A DNA stretch of 64,000 bases from an uncultured delta proteobacterium (GCA_963814585.1 CAWFDF010000012.1:244467-308466), one strand, 5' to 3'; shown: positions 36,774-50,202, counted from the stretch's first letter. Numbers and translations are program-made. The notes: a model not told the origin generated them from the letters alone.

Positions 36774-37803
36774 AGACCGGGCCCTCCGACGGCCCGGCGG
36801 TGACGGCCGGGGTCCTGAGCGACTTGATGTACTCGACGACGGCGGCGACCTCGGGAGGCGTCATCCGCCCCTGGAAGGTCGGCATGACGTTCTGGTAGCC
36901 GGCCACCAGCTGGGCGGCGGGGTCCATCATCGACCGGGTCAGGTAGGCCTCGTCGGCGGTGATGACCTCGCCGGTGGTGAGCTTCTCGTTCCGGCCGTAG
37001 AGGTCGATGAAGGTCGGCCCGATGTGGCGCGAGCCGTCCACCGAGTGGCACTTCAGGCAGCCCTGGTCGGCCGCGACGCGCCGCCCCTGATCGAGGATGG
37101 AGGACCCGGGGAGGCCCCGCTCGGCGGCGGTGAGGGCGGCGTCCTGGGCCCGGGCCTCGCCGCGGCGCTGGTCGGCCAGCCAGGCGTCGAACTCGGCGGC
37201 CGGCATCACCACCAGCTCGGCCAGCATGCCGGAGTGGGAGAGGCCGCAGTACTCGGCGCAGAAGACCTGGTAGCGGCCGGGCGTCTCGGGCTGGAACCAG
37301 GTCTGCGTGTAGCGCCCCGGGAGCGCGTCCAGCTTGAGGCGCAGCTCCGGCACGTAGAAGGAGTGGATGACGTCGCGCGAGGTGATGAGCAGGCGCACCG
37401 GCCGGCCGGCCGGAACCCGCAGCACGTCGAGCGAGGACGGCCCCCCCTGGTAGGCGAACTTCCACATCCATTTCTTGCCCTGCACGAAGACGTCCATGGC
37501 GCCGGGCGGAGGCTGGGTGGTCTCCACGAACTGCGGATAGCCGATGGCGAACCAGAGCAGGAAGAAGGCCAGCGGCACGCCCACGAAGACCGCCTCGTGC
37601 CAGTGCCCGGGCTGCACCTCGGGGGTGGCCTCGCCTTCCTGCCGCCGCCGGTAGCGGATCATGAAGACCAGCGCGGTGGCGAAGATGAGGAGCCCCGCCA
37701 CCATGGTGGTGATGATCACGAAGTAGTGGAGCCCATCCACGTCGCGGGCGTGCTGCGACAGCTGGGGCGGGAGGAAGAGCAGCTTGCGGAGGAGCTCGTT
37801 CAT
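36751..37803 (-). CDS. coxB: cytochrome c oxidase subunit II with fused C-terminal cytochrome c domain (caa3-type)
   Basis: Two N-terminal TMs. CuA site (CAEYCGLSHSGM). C-terminal CLKCH haem c motif. Confidence 0.95.
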
Positions 37804-38699
37804 GCCGTCGGCCTCGCCTTCCTGCGCTCGCGCCAGACCAGCCCCGCGATCAGCCCGCCCAGCGCCACCACCGCGGCGGCGCCGCCCAGGCGGAGCATGC
37901 CGAAGGCAAAGGGCTGGTACTTGCGGGAGGCGGGGTCATAGCGGAAGCAGGTGAGGATGAGCTTGTCGAAGCTGGTGCCGATCCGGCCGCCGGCGGCCTC
38001 GACCAGCGAGAGGCGGAAGTCCTTGGGGGGGAACTCGATGCCGTACAGGTAGCGGGAGACCTGCCCGTCGGGGGTGAGGACGAAGATCGACGCCATGTGC
38101 GCCCACTCGCCGGTGGCGGCGTCCTTGGCGTAGTGGAAGCCGACGGCGTCGCTGACCCGCCTGGCGGCGCCACCCCGGTCGACCCAGAAGCGCCAGGCCC
38201 CGGACCCCTCCGCCAGCCCGATCGACTGCAGGTAGCCGCGCTGCCGCTCGCGGGCCAGCGGCGGCTGCTCCTCGGGGTCGAAGGAGATGGTGAGGGCGGT
38301 GAAGTCCTGGCCGGGCTCGAGCCCGCTCTCCCGCATGGCGCGAGCCATGCCCGACATGATCAGGCCGCAGAGCATGGGGCAGTCGTAGTAGACCAGCGCC
38401 AGCACCACCGGCTTGCCCTGCCCGAACACCGACCCGAGCTGGACCGGCTGGCCGGCGGCGTCGGTGAAGGTGGCGTCGAGCGGGAGCCGGGCGCCGAGCT
38501 GCTCGTCGACGCGCACCTCCTCGAGCACCGCCGGGGTGACGTCGACCGGGGTGGCGGCCATCCCCTTCGACTTCCAGAAGTCGGCCCGGGCCGGGGCGGC
38601 CAGGGCGAGGAGCGCGGCCAGCACGGCGGCGGGCCTCCCCGCGAGGGCCGGCATCGTCCGCCGCAGGAGGCCGGGGGTGGTGGGAGGCGCGCTCGTCAC
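37800..38699 (-). CDS. SCO1/SenC-family copper chaperone
   Basis: Thioredoxin-like fold with a CxxxC motif (YYDCPMLCG) and a downstream His. A C-terminal TM is present. Its stop overlaps the coxB start. Confidence 0.88.
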   Translation of the reverse strand: MTSAPPTTPGLLRRTMPALAGRPAAVLAALLALAAPARADFWKSKGMAATPVDVTPAVLEEVRVDEQLGARLPLDATFTDAAGQPVQLGSVFGQGKPVVLALVYYDCPMLCGLIMSGMARAMRESGLEPGQDFTALTISFDPEEQPPLARERQRGYLQSIGLAEGSGAWRFWVDRGGAARRVSDAVGFHYAKDAATGEWAHMASIFVLTPDGQVSRYLYGIEFPPKDFRLSLVEAAGGRIGTSFDKLILTCFRYDPASRKYQPFAFGMLRLGGAAAVVALGGLIAGLVWRERRKARPTA

Positions 38700-39193
38700 G
38701 GGCGCGCTCCTCCCCGGGCCCTGGACGCGGCCGCAGGGGTGGCCGGCGCGGCGGCCGGGGTGGCGCCGGGCGCGTCGACCCCGCCGTTGGCGGCGCCGAT
38801 GGGCGGCGGCGGCGGCGCCTGCCCGGCCGGCACCCGGACCCCCTGCGCCACCAGCTCCATGGCCCTGGCGATGGGGAGGTGGATGATGCCCGCCTGGCGG
38901 TCGACCCAGCCGTAGCCGTCGAGGTGCGCCTGGCGCGCCGCCCGGTCTCGGGCGCCGCGGAGGTTGGTGTCGAAGAGCTGCTGCTCGACCAGGCCGATCT
39001 TGGTCTGCCCCACCTCGGGGGGCAGGACCGCCTGCGGCGTGACCGCGTTGCTGTGGCGGACCCAGGCGACGCTGAGGGCGCCGGCCAGCAGGAAGATGGC
39101 CAGGGCCCCGAAGCCGACCGTCAGCACGGCCCGGGAGTCGACCCGGTCGTTCTCGGAGCGGGGGTGGCCGCCGTCGTGGGCAGGGTGGCTCAT
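38696..39193 (-). CDS. uncharacterised single-pass membrane protein between actF and sco (positional ActG-like candidate)
   Basis: 165 aa. MSHPAHDGGHP..., one TM (VLTVGFGALAIFLLAGALSVAWV), a periplasmic segment ...GWVDRQAGIIHLPIARAMELV, and a Pro/Ala-rich tail. ATGA overlap with actF and a 4-nt overlap with sco. Confidence 0.6.
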   Translation of the reverse strand: MSHPAHDGGHPRSENDRVDSRAVLTVGFGALAIFLLAGALSVAWVRHSNAVTPQAVLPPEVGQTKIGLVEQQLFDTNLRGARDRAARQAHLDGYGWVDRQAGIIHLPIARAMELVAQGVRVPAGQAPPPPPIGAANGGVDAPGATPAAAPATPAAASRARGGARP

Positions 39194-40371
39194 TGCGGCT
39201 GGTACCTCAGCGACTCCTCGAGATACGGGTCGCACACCGGCACGGTGGCGGCGCCACGCATGCGGAAGACCAGGAACGCCAGGGCCAGGCCGCCCACCCC
39301 GACGAAGGCGGTCAGGTCGAGCCAGGAGGGCCTGGGTCCGGCCTCGTGGATGCGGGGCATGATCACCCAGTGCAGGTCGACGAAGTGGACCAGGAGCAGC
39401 CAGGCGGCCACCGCGGCCAGCCGGCGCGGGTCCCGCTTCAGGTCGCGCGAGAGGAGCAGGAAGAAGGGGATGGCGAAGTGGGCGATGGCCAGGAAGATGC
39501 CGACCCGCCCCCAGGGGGAGTCGGTCCGGACCACGTACCAGGGGATCTCCTCCGGGATGTTGGCGATCCAGATCAGCATGAACTGGGAGAAGGCGATGTA
39601 GGCCCAGAAGGCGGTGAAGGCGAGGAGGAACTTCCCCAGCGAGTGGACGTGATCGGCGTTGAGGTGGTGGCCGAACTGGCCGGGGTCGGACCGGGTCGCC
39701 GCGGTGGCGATGACCAGCACCGCGAAGCAGGCCAGGAAGCTGCCGGCGAACCAGTAGACCCCGAAGATGGTGGAGAAGAAGCGGGGGTCGAGCGACATCA
39801 TCCAGTCGAAGGACGCGAAGGAGAGCGTGAGCGCGAGGATGGGCAGGGCGCCGGTGCCGAGGCGGCGCTGCCAGGAGGTGAGCAGGTGCCCGCCGACGGT
39901 GTCCTGCCGCACGCTCCAGCGGCGCAGCAGGGTGGCCACGGCGATCCAGACCGTGAAGTAGATGGCGGCGCGGGCCACGAAGAACGGCACGTTCAGGTAG
40001 GGGCGCTTGTGCTGGATGGCGTGGAGCAGCTCGCCGGTGGCGCCGGACGGGTCGACCCAGCTGAAGAGGTGGCGCATGCCCAGCGCGATGGGGATGAAGA
40101 GGACCGCGAAGAGCGGCAGCGTCTGCGGGATGGTCTCGAGGAAGCGCCGCAGCACCACCGGCCAGCGGGCCTTGGCGGCGTGGAGCGCGCCCAGCAGGAT
40201 GAGCGACCCCAGCGCGATGCCGACCCAGTAGACGAAGGCCACCAGGTAGGAGGCCAGCGCCTGGCGCGGCTCGGCCAGGCCGCCGAGCGCGGTCAGGCCG
40301 AGCCCGGCCACGCCGACCGCGCCGGCCAGGACGACGAGGCGGCGGCCGCCCTGGAAGATGGTGGCGGTCAT
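39190..40371 (-). CDS. actF: alternative complex III subunit ActF (NrfD-like membrane subunit)
   Basis: 393 aa polytopic membrane protein. Sixth gene of the actABCDEF order. ATGA overlap with actE. Confidence 0.85.
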   Translation of the reverse strand: MTATIFQGGRRLVVLAGAVGVAGLGLTALGGLAEPRQALASYLVAFVYWVGIALGSLILLGALHAAKARWPVVLRRFLETIPQTLPLFAVLFIPIALGMRHLFSWVDPSGATGELLHAIQHKRPYLNVPFFVARAAIYFTVWIAVATLLRRWSVRQDTVGGHLLTSWQRRLGTGALPILALTLSFASFDWMMSLDPRFFSTIFGVYWFAGSFLACFAVLVIATAATRSDPGQFGHHLNADHVHSLGKFLLAFTAFWAYIAFSQFMLIWIANIPEEIPWYVVRTDSPWGRVGIFLAIAHFAIPFFLLLSRDLKRDPRRLAAVAAWLLLVHFVDLHWVIMPRIHEAGPRPSWLDLTAFVGVGGLALAFLVFRMRGAATVPVCDPYLEESLRYQPQ

Positions 40372-40949
40372 CGGGCTTCTCCTTGGAGCTTCTGCAGGGC
40401 CTCGGGCGGCACCTGCGCGGCGCTGGCGTGCTGCGAGAGCTGCAGCGCCCGGACGTAGCCGACCACGCCCCAGCGCTCCTCCGGGGTGAGCTCGGCCGCG
40501 TAGCTGGGCATGAGCCCGAAGCCCTGCGAGACGACCTGGAAGAGGTAGCCGTCGGGGACGTCTCGGTAGAGGTGCAGGCTGGGCGGCTTGCGCAGCGCCA
40601 TGTTCAGCGCCACCTGGCTCTGCCCATCACCGACCAGGCCGTGGCACACGGCACAGTGGATGTCGAACTTCTTGCGCCCCGTGGCCAGCAGCTTGGGGGC
40701 GAGCGGGAGCGGCGCCAGCTGGAGCGGCTTGCCGTCGGGGCCGATCCCGCGCTGCAGCGCCGGATCGCCCACCGAGCCGAAGGGGACGGTGCCGGCTGGC
40801 GGCGCCCGCATGGCCAGGCCGTCGGGGTGGAACTCGCTCGACTGGTAGGCCTTGTACTTGGCCTGGCGCTGCATCGGATCCAAGCCCGGGCAGCCGGCCA
40901 GGAAGGCCAAGGAGGCGACGGCGAGGAGGAGGCCGGCAGGGCGGGTCAC
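40368..40949 (-). CDS. actE: alternative complex III subunit ActE (monohaem cytochrome c lipoprotein)
   Basis: Lipobox FLAGC. Single CAVCH haem motif. GTG start with a GGAGG RBS, overlapping the actD stop (GTGA). Confidence 0.85.
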   Translation of the reverse strand: MTRPAGLLLAVASLAFLAGCPGLDPMQRQAKYKAYQSSEFHPDGLAMRAPPAGTVPFGSVGDPALQRGIGPDGKPLQLAPLPLAPKLLATGRKKFDIHCAVCHGLVGDGQSQVALNMALRKPPSLHLYRDVPDGYLFQVVSQGFGLMPSYAAELTPEERWGVVGYVRALQLSQHASAAQVPPEALQKLQGEAR

Positions 40950-41470
40950 GAGGCGTCCTCCACGATCTCGACCTGGCGCGCGCCCAGCCCGCGCAGGCGG
41001 GCGGCCGTGCCGTCGGCCGCCTCGGCGCTCACCGCGGCCGACAGCCAGAGGCCGTCCACCGAGGCGCTCCGAAAGGCCTCCACCTCGAAGACCGGGTGGT
41101 GCAGCCGCGGCATGCCCCAGAGCACGAACAGGCCGAAGAAGATGGAGAGGGTCGCGAAGAGCACGCCCAGCTCGAAGGTGACCGGGATGAAGGCCGGGGG
41201 GCTGTGGGGCGGGCGGCCGCCCACGTTGATGGGCCAGTCCACGCCCACCATGAACCACTGCATCAGGTAGCCGGAGCTGGCGCCGAGCAGGCCCGCCACC
41301 AGGGCGATGCGCGGCACCACCGACTTCTTCAGCCCCAGCGCCTCGTCGGCGCCGTGGAGCGGCACCGGCGAGTGGAGGTCGAGGTCGGCCTGCCCCTCGG
41401 CCCGCAGGGCCCGGGCCGCCTCCAGCAGCGGCGCCTCGGCGGCGAACTCGGCGACCACGTAGCGCTTCAC
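40946..41470 (-). CDS. actD: alternative complex III subunit ActD (DUF3341)
   Basis: [26 protein letters not shown]...HSPVPLHG... followed by two TMs, typical of ActD. GTG start with a GGGAGGTG RBS, overlapping the actC stop. Confidence 0.85.
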   Translation of the reverse strand: MKRYVVAEFAAEAPLLEAARALRAEGQADLDLHSPVPLHGADEALGLKKSVVPRIALVAGLLGASSGYLMQWFMVGVDWPINVGGRPPHSPPAFIPVTFELGVLFATLSIFFGLFVLWGMPRLHHPVFEVEAFRSASVDGLWLSAAVSAEAADGTAARLRGLGARQVEIVEDAS

Positions 41471-42884
41471 GGCGTCACCTCCCGGTGCGCGGCGTGGCCG
41501 GCGGCGTGGGCGTCGTGGTGGTCGAGCTCCCGGCGAAGCTCCTTGACCTCGGCGATGGGCACCACCGGCAGGAAGCGGAGGAAGAGCAGGAAGAGCACGC
41601 CGAAGGTGCAGATGGAGCCGAAGAGCAGGCCCCAGTCGACCCAGGTGGGCGTGTACATCGACCAGCTGGCGGGGAGGAAGTCGCGGTGGAGCGAGACGGC
41701 GATGATCATGAACCGCTCGGCCCACATGCCGATGTTGACGAGGATGGAGACGGCGAAGAGCACCACCAGGTTCCGGCGCATCGACGGGAACCAGAAGACC
41801 TGCGGCGCCAGCACGTTGCAGACGAGCTGCATGTACCAGACGGGCGCGTAGGGGCCGGTCCAGCGGTTGAGGAAGGCGAAGGCCTCGTACTTGTTGCCCC
41901 CGTACCAGGCCATGAAGTGCTCCATGGCGTAGCCGTAGGAGACCATCATCCCGGTGGCCAGGATCACCTTGGCCATGTTGTCGAGGTGCTTCATGGTGAC
42001 GACGTGCTCGATCCCGAGGACCTTGCGGGCCGGGATCATCAGGGACACCACCATGGCGAAGCCGGAGAAGATGGCCCCGGCCACGAAGTAGGGCGGGAAG
42101 ATGGTGGTGTGCCAGCCGGGCAGCTGGGAGATGGCGAAGTCGAAGCTGACCACGGTGTGGACCGAGACCACCAGCGGCGTGCCCAGGCCGGCCATGAGCA
42201 GGTAGCCGATCCGGTAGTGCTGCCAGGCCCGGGCCGAGCCGCGCCAGCCGAAGGCGAAGAGGCCGTAGAGGGTCCGCTTCAGCCTGGTGGGCGCGGTGTC
42301 GCGCAGCGTGGCCAGGTCGGGGATCAGCCCGAGGAACCAGAAGAGGAAGGACAGGGTGGCGTAGGTGGAGATGGCGAAGACGTCCCAGGGCAGCGCGCTC
42401 TTGAAGTTGGGCCAGAGCCCCAGGGTGGCCGGGTACGGCATCAGCCACCAGAAGAACCAGGGCCGGCCGAGGTGGATGATGGGGTAGATGCCGGCCATGG
42501 CCACCGCGAAGAGCGTCATGGCCTCGGCGAAGCGGTTGATGGAGGTGCGCCACTTCTGCTGGAAGAGGAGCAGGATGGCGCTGATCAGGGTGCCGGCGTG
42601 GCCGATGCCGATCCACCAGACGAAGTTGGTGATGTCGAAGGCCCACGCCACCGGGATGTTGTTGCCCCAGGCGCCGATGCCGACCACCAGGGTGGTCCCG
42701 AGCGAGAGCAGCCAGAAGCCCATCCCCGCGGCCAGCGCGGTGAAGAGCAGCTTCCACCCCCGCGTGGTGGGGGCGTAGAGCGGCTCGACCAGCGCCTCGG
42801 TGAGGGCGCGGTCGTCGGGCCGGCCGACCAGGACCGGGACGGGCTCGAGCGGGTCGAGGACGGCGGCGGTGGCGGGCTTCACGC

Positions 42885-42888
<4 letters not shown>
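41467..42888 (-). CDS. actC: alternative complex III subunit ActC (NrfD/PsrC-like quinol-interacting membrane subunit)
   Basis: 473 aa, about 10 TMs. ATGA overlap with actB. Confidence 0.9.
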
Positions 42889-45871
<2,983 letters not shown>

Positions 45872-45884
<13 letters not shown>

Positions 45885-46522
45885 GTCGTGCAACTCACTC
45901 TCGCGCGGACGTCGTACTGCTTCGCCAGCCTGGCCCCGACCTCGGCCTGGTTCGCAGGCGCCTGCCACTTCATGTTGGTGATCTGGTCGAGCGGGCGGAG
46001 CTTGGGCACCGGGTTGCGGTGGCACTCCAGGCACCAGCCCATGCTGAGCGGGAGGGCCTGCTCGATGGAGGCCATCTGGTCGACGCGCCCGTGGCAGTCG
46101 GAGCAGCCGATCCCCTTGTTCACGTGGATGGCGTGGTTGAAGTAGACGAAGTCGGGGAGCTTGTGGACCCGGGTCCACGGGATGGCCTGGCCGGTGAACC
46201 AGCTGGCGCGCACCGTGTCGAGCAGCGGGCTCTTGTTCCAGATCTGCGAGTGGCAGGCGAGGCAGGTCTCGGTGGCCGGGATGCCGGCGCTGGGCGCCTT
46301 GTCGACCGTGGCGTGGCAGTACCGGCAGTCGATGAGATCGTCCTGCACGTGGTGCCGGTGGTCGAACATCACCGGCTGGACGATCTGCTCGTGCTGGCTC
46401 AGGCCGTAGGGCGTCCGCACGTACCAGAGGAGGCCGCCGATGGTCGCGATGGCGCCGCCAGCGAGCAGACCCAGGACGAGCTTGAGGAGGGCGTCGGATC
46501 TCGGGGAGAAGAGTGCGCTCAT
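45872..46522 (-). CDS. actA: alternative complex III subunit ActA (pentahaem cytochrome c)
   Basis: N-terminal TM plus five CxxCH motifs (CRYCH, CLACH, CSDCH, CLECH, CTTCH). I prefer the ATG at 46522 over the TTG at 46603. The 3' end overlaps actB by 13 nt. Confidence 0.88.
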
Positions 46523-46663
46523 GTGGCGTCGCCGGCCGCCGACAGTCCGCCGCGCCTGCGCGCGTCGAGGGCCCGCTTCGGGTCGTAAATTGATCTCGGT
46601 CAAGGCCGAGCGAAAGGTCCCGAAAGGGTACAGGCTGAAGATATTCCCGGCGGGCTCCGCCTG

Positions 46664-47362
46664 CTACGCCTTCTGGGGGGGCTCCATGCACCAGCGGCCC
46701 CGCAGCGTGGGCCGCGCGAGCGCCCCGGAGAGGGCTGCCAGGAAGCGGTCCCGCGGCCAGTCCTCGGCGCCGAAGCGGGCCAGGTGCTCGGTCCGGACCT
46801 GGCAGTCGATGAGCCGCACGCCGCGCGCCGCAAGCCACTCGACGCTCTCCACGAAGGCGAGCTTCGACGCGTCGGGCCGCACCGAGAACATGGACTCCCC
46901 GAAGAAGGCCGCGCCCAGCGAGACGCCGTACAGGCCCCCGACCAGCGCCTCCCCCTCCCAGGCCTCGAAGGAGTGGGCGAGGCCCCGGGCGTGGAGCTGG
47001 CGGTAAGCCCGGATCATCGCCGGCGTGATCCAGGTCCCTTCCTGGTCCGGCCGATCGATGGCGGCGCAGGCGCGGATGACGCGGTCGAAGGCGGTGTCGG
47101 CGGTGAGCCGGTACGGGGCGCGCCGGCGGGCCCGGGCCAGCGACCGGGGGACGTGGAGGCGGGCCGGATCGAGCACCAGCCTCGGGTCGGGCGACCACCA
47201 GAGGATCGGGGAGTCGGGGCCGTACCAGGGGAAGATGCCGGCGGCGTAGGCGGCGAGCAGCCGCTCGGGGGAGAGGTCCCCGCCCACCGCCAGCAGCCCG
47301 TCCGGCTCGGCCTGGCGCGGGTCCGGGAAGGCGACCTCGCGCGGAAGCCGGAAGAGCGTCAC
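46664..47362 (-). CDS. aat: leucyl/phenylalanyl-tRNA--protein transferase
   Basis: 232 aa. GLLAVGGDLSPERLLAAYAAGIFPWY...ILWWSPDPR...FDRVIRACA...GTWITPAMIRAYRQLH are typical of Aat. Confidence 0.93.
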   Translation of the reverse strand: MTLFRLPREVAFPDPRQAEPDGLLAVGGDLSPERLLAAYAAGIFPWYGPDSPILWWSPDPRLVLDPARLHVPRSLARARRRAPYRLTADTAFDRVIRACAAIDRPDQEGTWITPAMIRAYRQLHARGLAHSFEAWEGEALVGGLYGVSLGAAFFGESMFSVRPDASKLAFVESVEWLAARGVRLIDCQVRTEHLARFGAEDWPRDRFLAALSGALARPTLRGRWCMEPPQKA

Positions 47363-47399
47363 CGCCGCAGTCTATTCGACCGCGGCGGGTCGGAGGGGA

Positions 47400-47579
47400 C
47401 TACCCGCGAGGCGTGCAGGGGACGGGGGCGCCGGACCGCTGCGCCAGCGACTGGTGGCCGGCCTCCCGGGACTGGACCGCGGTGACCGACTCGGGCGCCG
47501 GCGAGGGCGGCGAGGCGATGCTGGCGATGAAGGCGAACTCAAAGGCGGCGACGGCGGCGGCGAGGATGATGGTCTTCAT
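47400..47579 (-). CDS. small hypothetical secreted/membrane peptide (59 aa)
   Basis: MKTIILAAAVAAFEFAFIASIASPPSPAPESV... is preceded by a strong AGGAGG RBS (plus-strand CCTCCT at 47585-47590). No recognisable family. Confidence 0.45.
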   Translation of the reverse strand: MKTIILAAAVAAFEFAFIASIASPPSPAPESVTAVQSREAGHQSLAQRSGAPVPCTPRG

Positions 47580-47667
47580 GGCGACCTCCTGATGCCCTTC
47601 CCTACGAGCACCCGTCGCCGCTATTTCGGTCCCCGCCTGACACCCCGTCAGGGTGCCGGCGGTCACC

Positions 47668-48228
47668 TCAACCGCCCTGCCCCAGGTCCTCCCGGAGCGC
47701 GGACCGCTGGCCTTCGGTCAAGGCCGTCTCGGCGGTGAGGGCGGGGTGATCGGCCCCCATCGCCACCGGGACCGCGCCGTGCACGTCGAACCTCAGGTAC
47801 TGCACGGAGGAGAGCCGGTCATCTCCCACCTGCCGCGGGTCGTAGCGCGGGCGCACCCGGGTCCCGTCCTCGAGCCGCGCGTACAGGCACGGCATCAGGC
47901 CCAGCCACTCGCGGAGCTTCCGGTCGCGCTCCGCCGGCTCGGCGATCTCGATGAGCAGCACCGCCCCCAGCTCCCCGGGACCGCCCAGCACCTCGTTGTA
48001 GGTCTCGAGCTCGTGGCGGATCTCCGGCTCGCCGGTCATCCGCTCGGCCCGGACCATCTCCTGCACCTGGTAGCGGATGGTGGCGGTGTTCTCGAAGAGG
48101 AAGGTGAGCGCGCCGCCGACGGTGACGCGCCGTCGCGCCTTGGCCTCCATGATGGCCGCCCGGATCTCGTTTCGCGACCGCTCGTAGGCGTCGAGCGGCA
48201 TGATCTCGTCGCGCCGGACCGGCCTCAT
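47668..48228 (-). CDS. DUF3501-family protein
   Basis: 186 aa: [58 protein letters not shown]... matches my recollection of DUF3501. ATGA overlap with the upstream Fe-S protein gene. Confidence 0.7.
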   Translation of the reverse strand: MRPVRRDEIMPLDAYERSRNEIRAAIMEAKARRRVTVGGALTFLFENTATIRYQVQEMVRAERMTGEPEIRHELETYNEVLGGPGELGAVLLIEIAEPAERDRKLREWLGLMPCLYARLEDGTRVRPRYDPRQVGDDRLSSVQYLRFDVHGAVPVAMGADHPALTAETALTEGQRSALREDLGQGG

Positions 48229-49583
48229 GAGCGGCCTCCCCCACCCGGCTCGAACCCCTCGCCCCGGTAGGCCCGCGCCAGCACCGTGACCGGGTGGAGC
48301 GGCTTCTTGCCGGCGTGCTGCTGGAACTGGATGGCCGCCAGCGGGCAGTCGGTGGCCCAGGTCTCGGCCTGGGCCGCGGCCATGCCGTCGAAGGCCTTCT
48401 TGCCGATGCGCGCCGACGGCCCGAACCCCTCCACCGTCATGGCGAAGGTGCCGTCGTGGCCGCAGCACTCCATCACGGTGCCGGTGACGGTGACGCCCGG
48501 GATCTTGCGCAGCAGGTCGCGTCCCTTGAAGCCGACCCCCTGCGCGCGCAGGTGGCAGGGGGCGTGGTAGGCCACCCGCCCGCCCGGCGGCGTGCTCTTG
48601 AAGTCGGTGCTGAAGCGCGGCTGCTCGCGGATCGACCAGAGGTACTCCGAGACGTCCATCACCGCCGGCGCCAGCCGCCCGGCGCGGGCCCGATCCTCGC
48701 CCTCGAGCAGGTGCGGCCACTCCCGCCGCATCATCATCGAGCAGGTCGGGTTGATCACCAGCACCTTGGCCCCGCGCTCCACGTAGGGGAGGAGCCGGTC
48801 GAGGTCGTGGTGGGCCTGGGCCCGCAGCGAGCCGAGGTCGCCCTGCTCCCAGGCCGGCATGCCGCAGCAGCGCAGCCCGCGCACCACCCGCACGTCGACG
48901 CCGCACCTCTTCAGCACCTCGAGCGCGTCCTTGCCCAGCTGCGGCTCGTTGTGCTGGACGAAGCAGGTCTGGAAGAGCACCGCCTCCCCGCCGGGCTCGG
49001 GCTGGATCAGCCCTTGCCGCTCGGCCCACCGGTCGAACGGCTCGGCGGCGAAGTCGGGCAACAGCTTGTCGCGGTGGATCCCCGCCGTCTTCTCCAGCAG
49101 CACCCGGAACGGCCTCACCCGGTTCATGGCGTTGGCCATGCCGAAGCTGGCCCGCGCCATGGCGGCGGCGCCGTCGGGGTCGTTGAGCACGCGCATCCGC
49201 AGCGACTTCCCCTGGCCGCGCCGCTTCACCCCGCGCCAGCGGTGGACCAGCTTGGGGAAGTCGAGCTGGAACTCGTGCTTGTCACGCGGCGTGTACGGGC
49301 ACTGGACCTCGCAGAGCTTGCACTGGAAGCAGGCGTCCATCACCGCCCGCTCCTCGTCGGCCGTGACCTTCCGGACGTCGCCATCGTGCCGCTCGTCGAT
49401 GGCCTTGAAGAGCAGGGGGAAGCTGTCGCAGTACTTGAAGCACATGCGGCAGCCGTGACAGATCTCGAAGGCGCGGTGGACCTCCCCGGCCAGGGCCTCG
49501 GGCTGCCAGTAGATCGGCTCGGAGGGATCGTAGGAGAGGCCTGCGGTGGGCTGGTAGGAGATGCTCTTCGATTGGTCGCTCAT
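48225..49583 (-). CDS. HdrD/GlpC-like (Fe-S)-binding oxidoreductase with two CCG domains
   Basis: Two ferredoxin-type motifs ([28 protein letters not shown]). Two CCG motifs (RCCGMP, ECCGHDG). I prefer the ATG at 49583 (MSDQSKS...). Confidence 0.85.
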   Translation of the reverse strand: MSDQSKSISYQPTAGLSYDPSEPIYWQPEALAGEVHRAFEICHGCRMCFKYCDSFPLLFKAIDERHDGDVRKVTADEERAVMDACFQCKLCEVQCPYTPRDKHEFQLDFPKLVHRWRGVKRRGQGKSLRMRVLNDPDGAAAMARASFGMANAMNRVRPFRVLLEKTAGIHRDKLLPDFAAEPFDRWAERQGLIQPEPGGEAVLFQTCFVQHNEPQLGKDALEVLKRCGVDVRVVRGLRCCGMPAWEQGDLGSLRAQAHHDLDRLLPYVERGAKVLVINPTCSMMMRREWPHLLEGEDRARAGRLAPAVMDVSEYLWSIREQPRFSTDFKSTPPGGRVAYHAPCHLRAQGVGFKGRDLLRKIPGVTVTGTVMECCGHDGTFAMTVEGFGPSARIGKKAFDGMAAAQAETWATDCPLAAIQFQQHAGKKPLHPVTVLARAYRGEGFEPGGGGRS

Positions 49584-49680
49584 GGGCGAAGTCTCCCGCA
49601 GGAGGCCGGCGATCGCCAGAGACGAGGAAGCCCGACGCCCCGTTCGAGGTGCGCCGGGCTCCCGGATCGCGCAGTCGCTG

Positions 49681-50100
49681 TCAGCTGATGGTCTTGAGCA
49701 TCTTGTCGAAGCGGCCGGCGTGCGACTTCTCCGCCTTGGCCAGCGTCTCGAACCAGTCGGCGATCTCCTTGAAGCCCTCGTCGCGCGCCGTCTTGGCCAT
49801 GCCCGGGTACATGTCGGTGTACTCGTGGGTCTCACCGGCGATGGAGGCCTTCAGGTTGGTGGAGGTGTCGCCGAGCGGGAGGCCCGTGGCCGGATCACCC
49901 ACCTCCTTGATGAAGTCGAGGTGGCCGTGGGCGTGGCCGGTCTCGCCCTCGGCGGTCTCGCGGAAATTGGAGGCGACCTCCGGGTAGCCCTCCACGTCGG
50001 CGACCTTGGCGAAGTAGAGGTAGCGGCGGTTGGCCTGGGACTCGCCGGCGAAGGCGTCCTTGAGGTTCTGGTGGGTCTTGCTGCCCTTCAGGTTGGCCAT
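49681..50100 (-). CDS. rubrerythrin-family diiron protein lacking the rubredoxin domain (erythrin-like)
   Basis: 139 aa. ExxH/E ligand pattern ([36 protein letters not shown]). There is no C-terminal CxxC pair. Confidence 0.88.
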   Translation of the reverse strand: MANLKGSKTHQNLKDAFAGESQANRRYLYFAKVADVEGYPEVASNFRETAEGETGHAHGHLDFIKEVGDPATGLPLGDTSTNLKASIAGETHEYTDMYPGMAKTARDEGFKEIADWFETLAKAEKSHAGRFDKMLKTIS

Positions 50101-50142
50101 GGTTCTTCCCTTCCTTGGTTGATGGAGTCCTGTTGTCCCGGT

Positions 50143-50161
50143 GATATCTTGTCTCAATATG
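50143..50161. promoter_or_regulatory. AT-rich imperfect dyad upstream of the erythrin gene (candidate operator/promoter element)
   Basis: gATATCTTG-tct-CAATATg lies about 45-60 nt upstream of the ATG at 50100. It is a conspicuous AT-rich patch in ~74 % GC DNA. No regulator assignment is possible from the sequence alone. Confidence 0.25.
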
Positions 50162-50202
50162 CCGGCTGCACGTCCCGTTTGGGGCCCATCCGGCAGCGCC
50201 GC

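Noticed and set aside
45885-47198. Upstream extension of the 1437-aa ORF 42885..47198 beyond the ActB start
   Set aside because: ActB has a canonical Tat-signal N-terminus beginning at 45884. The extension overlaps actA and aat in other frames and is Arg/Pro-rich.
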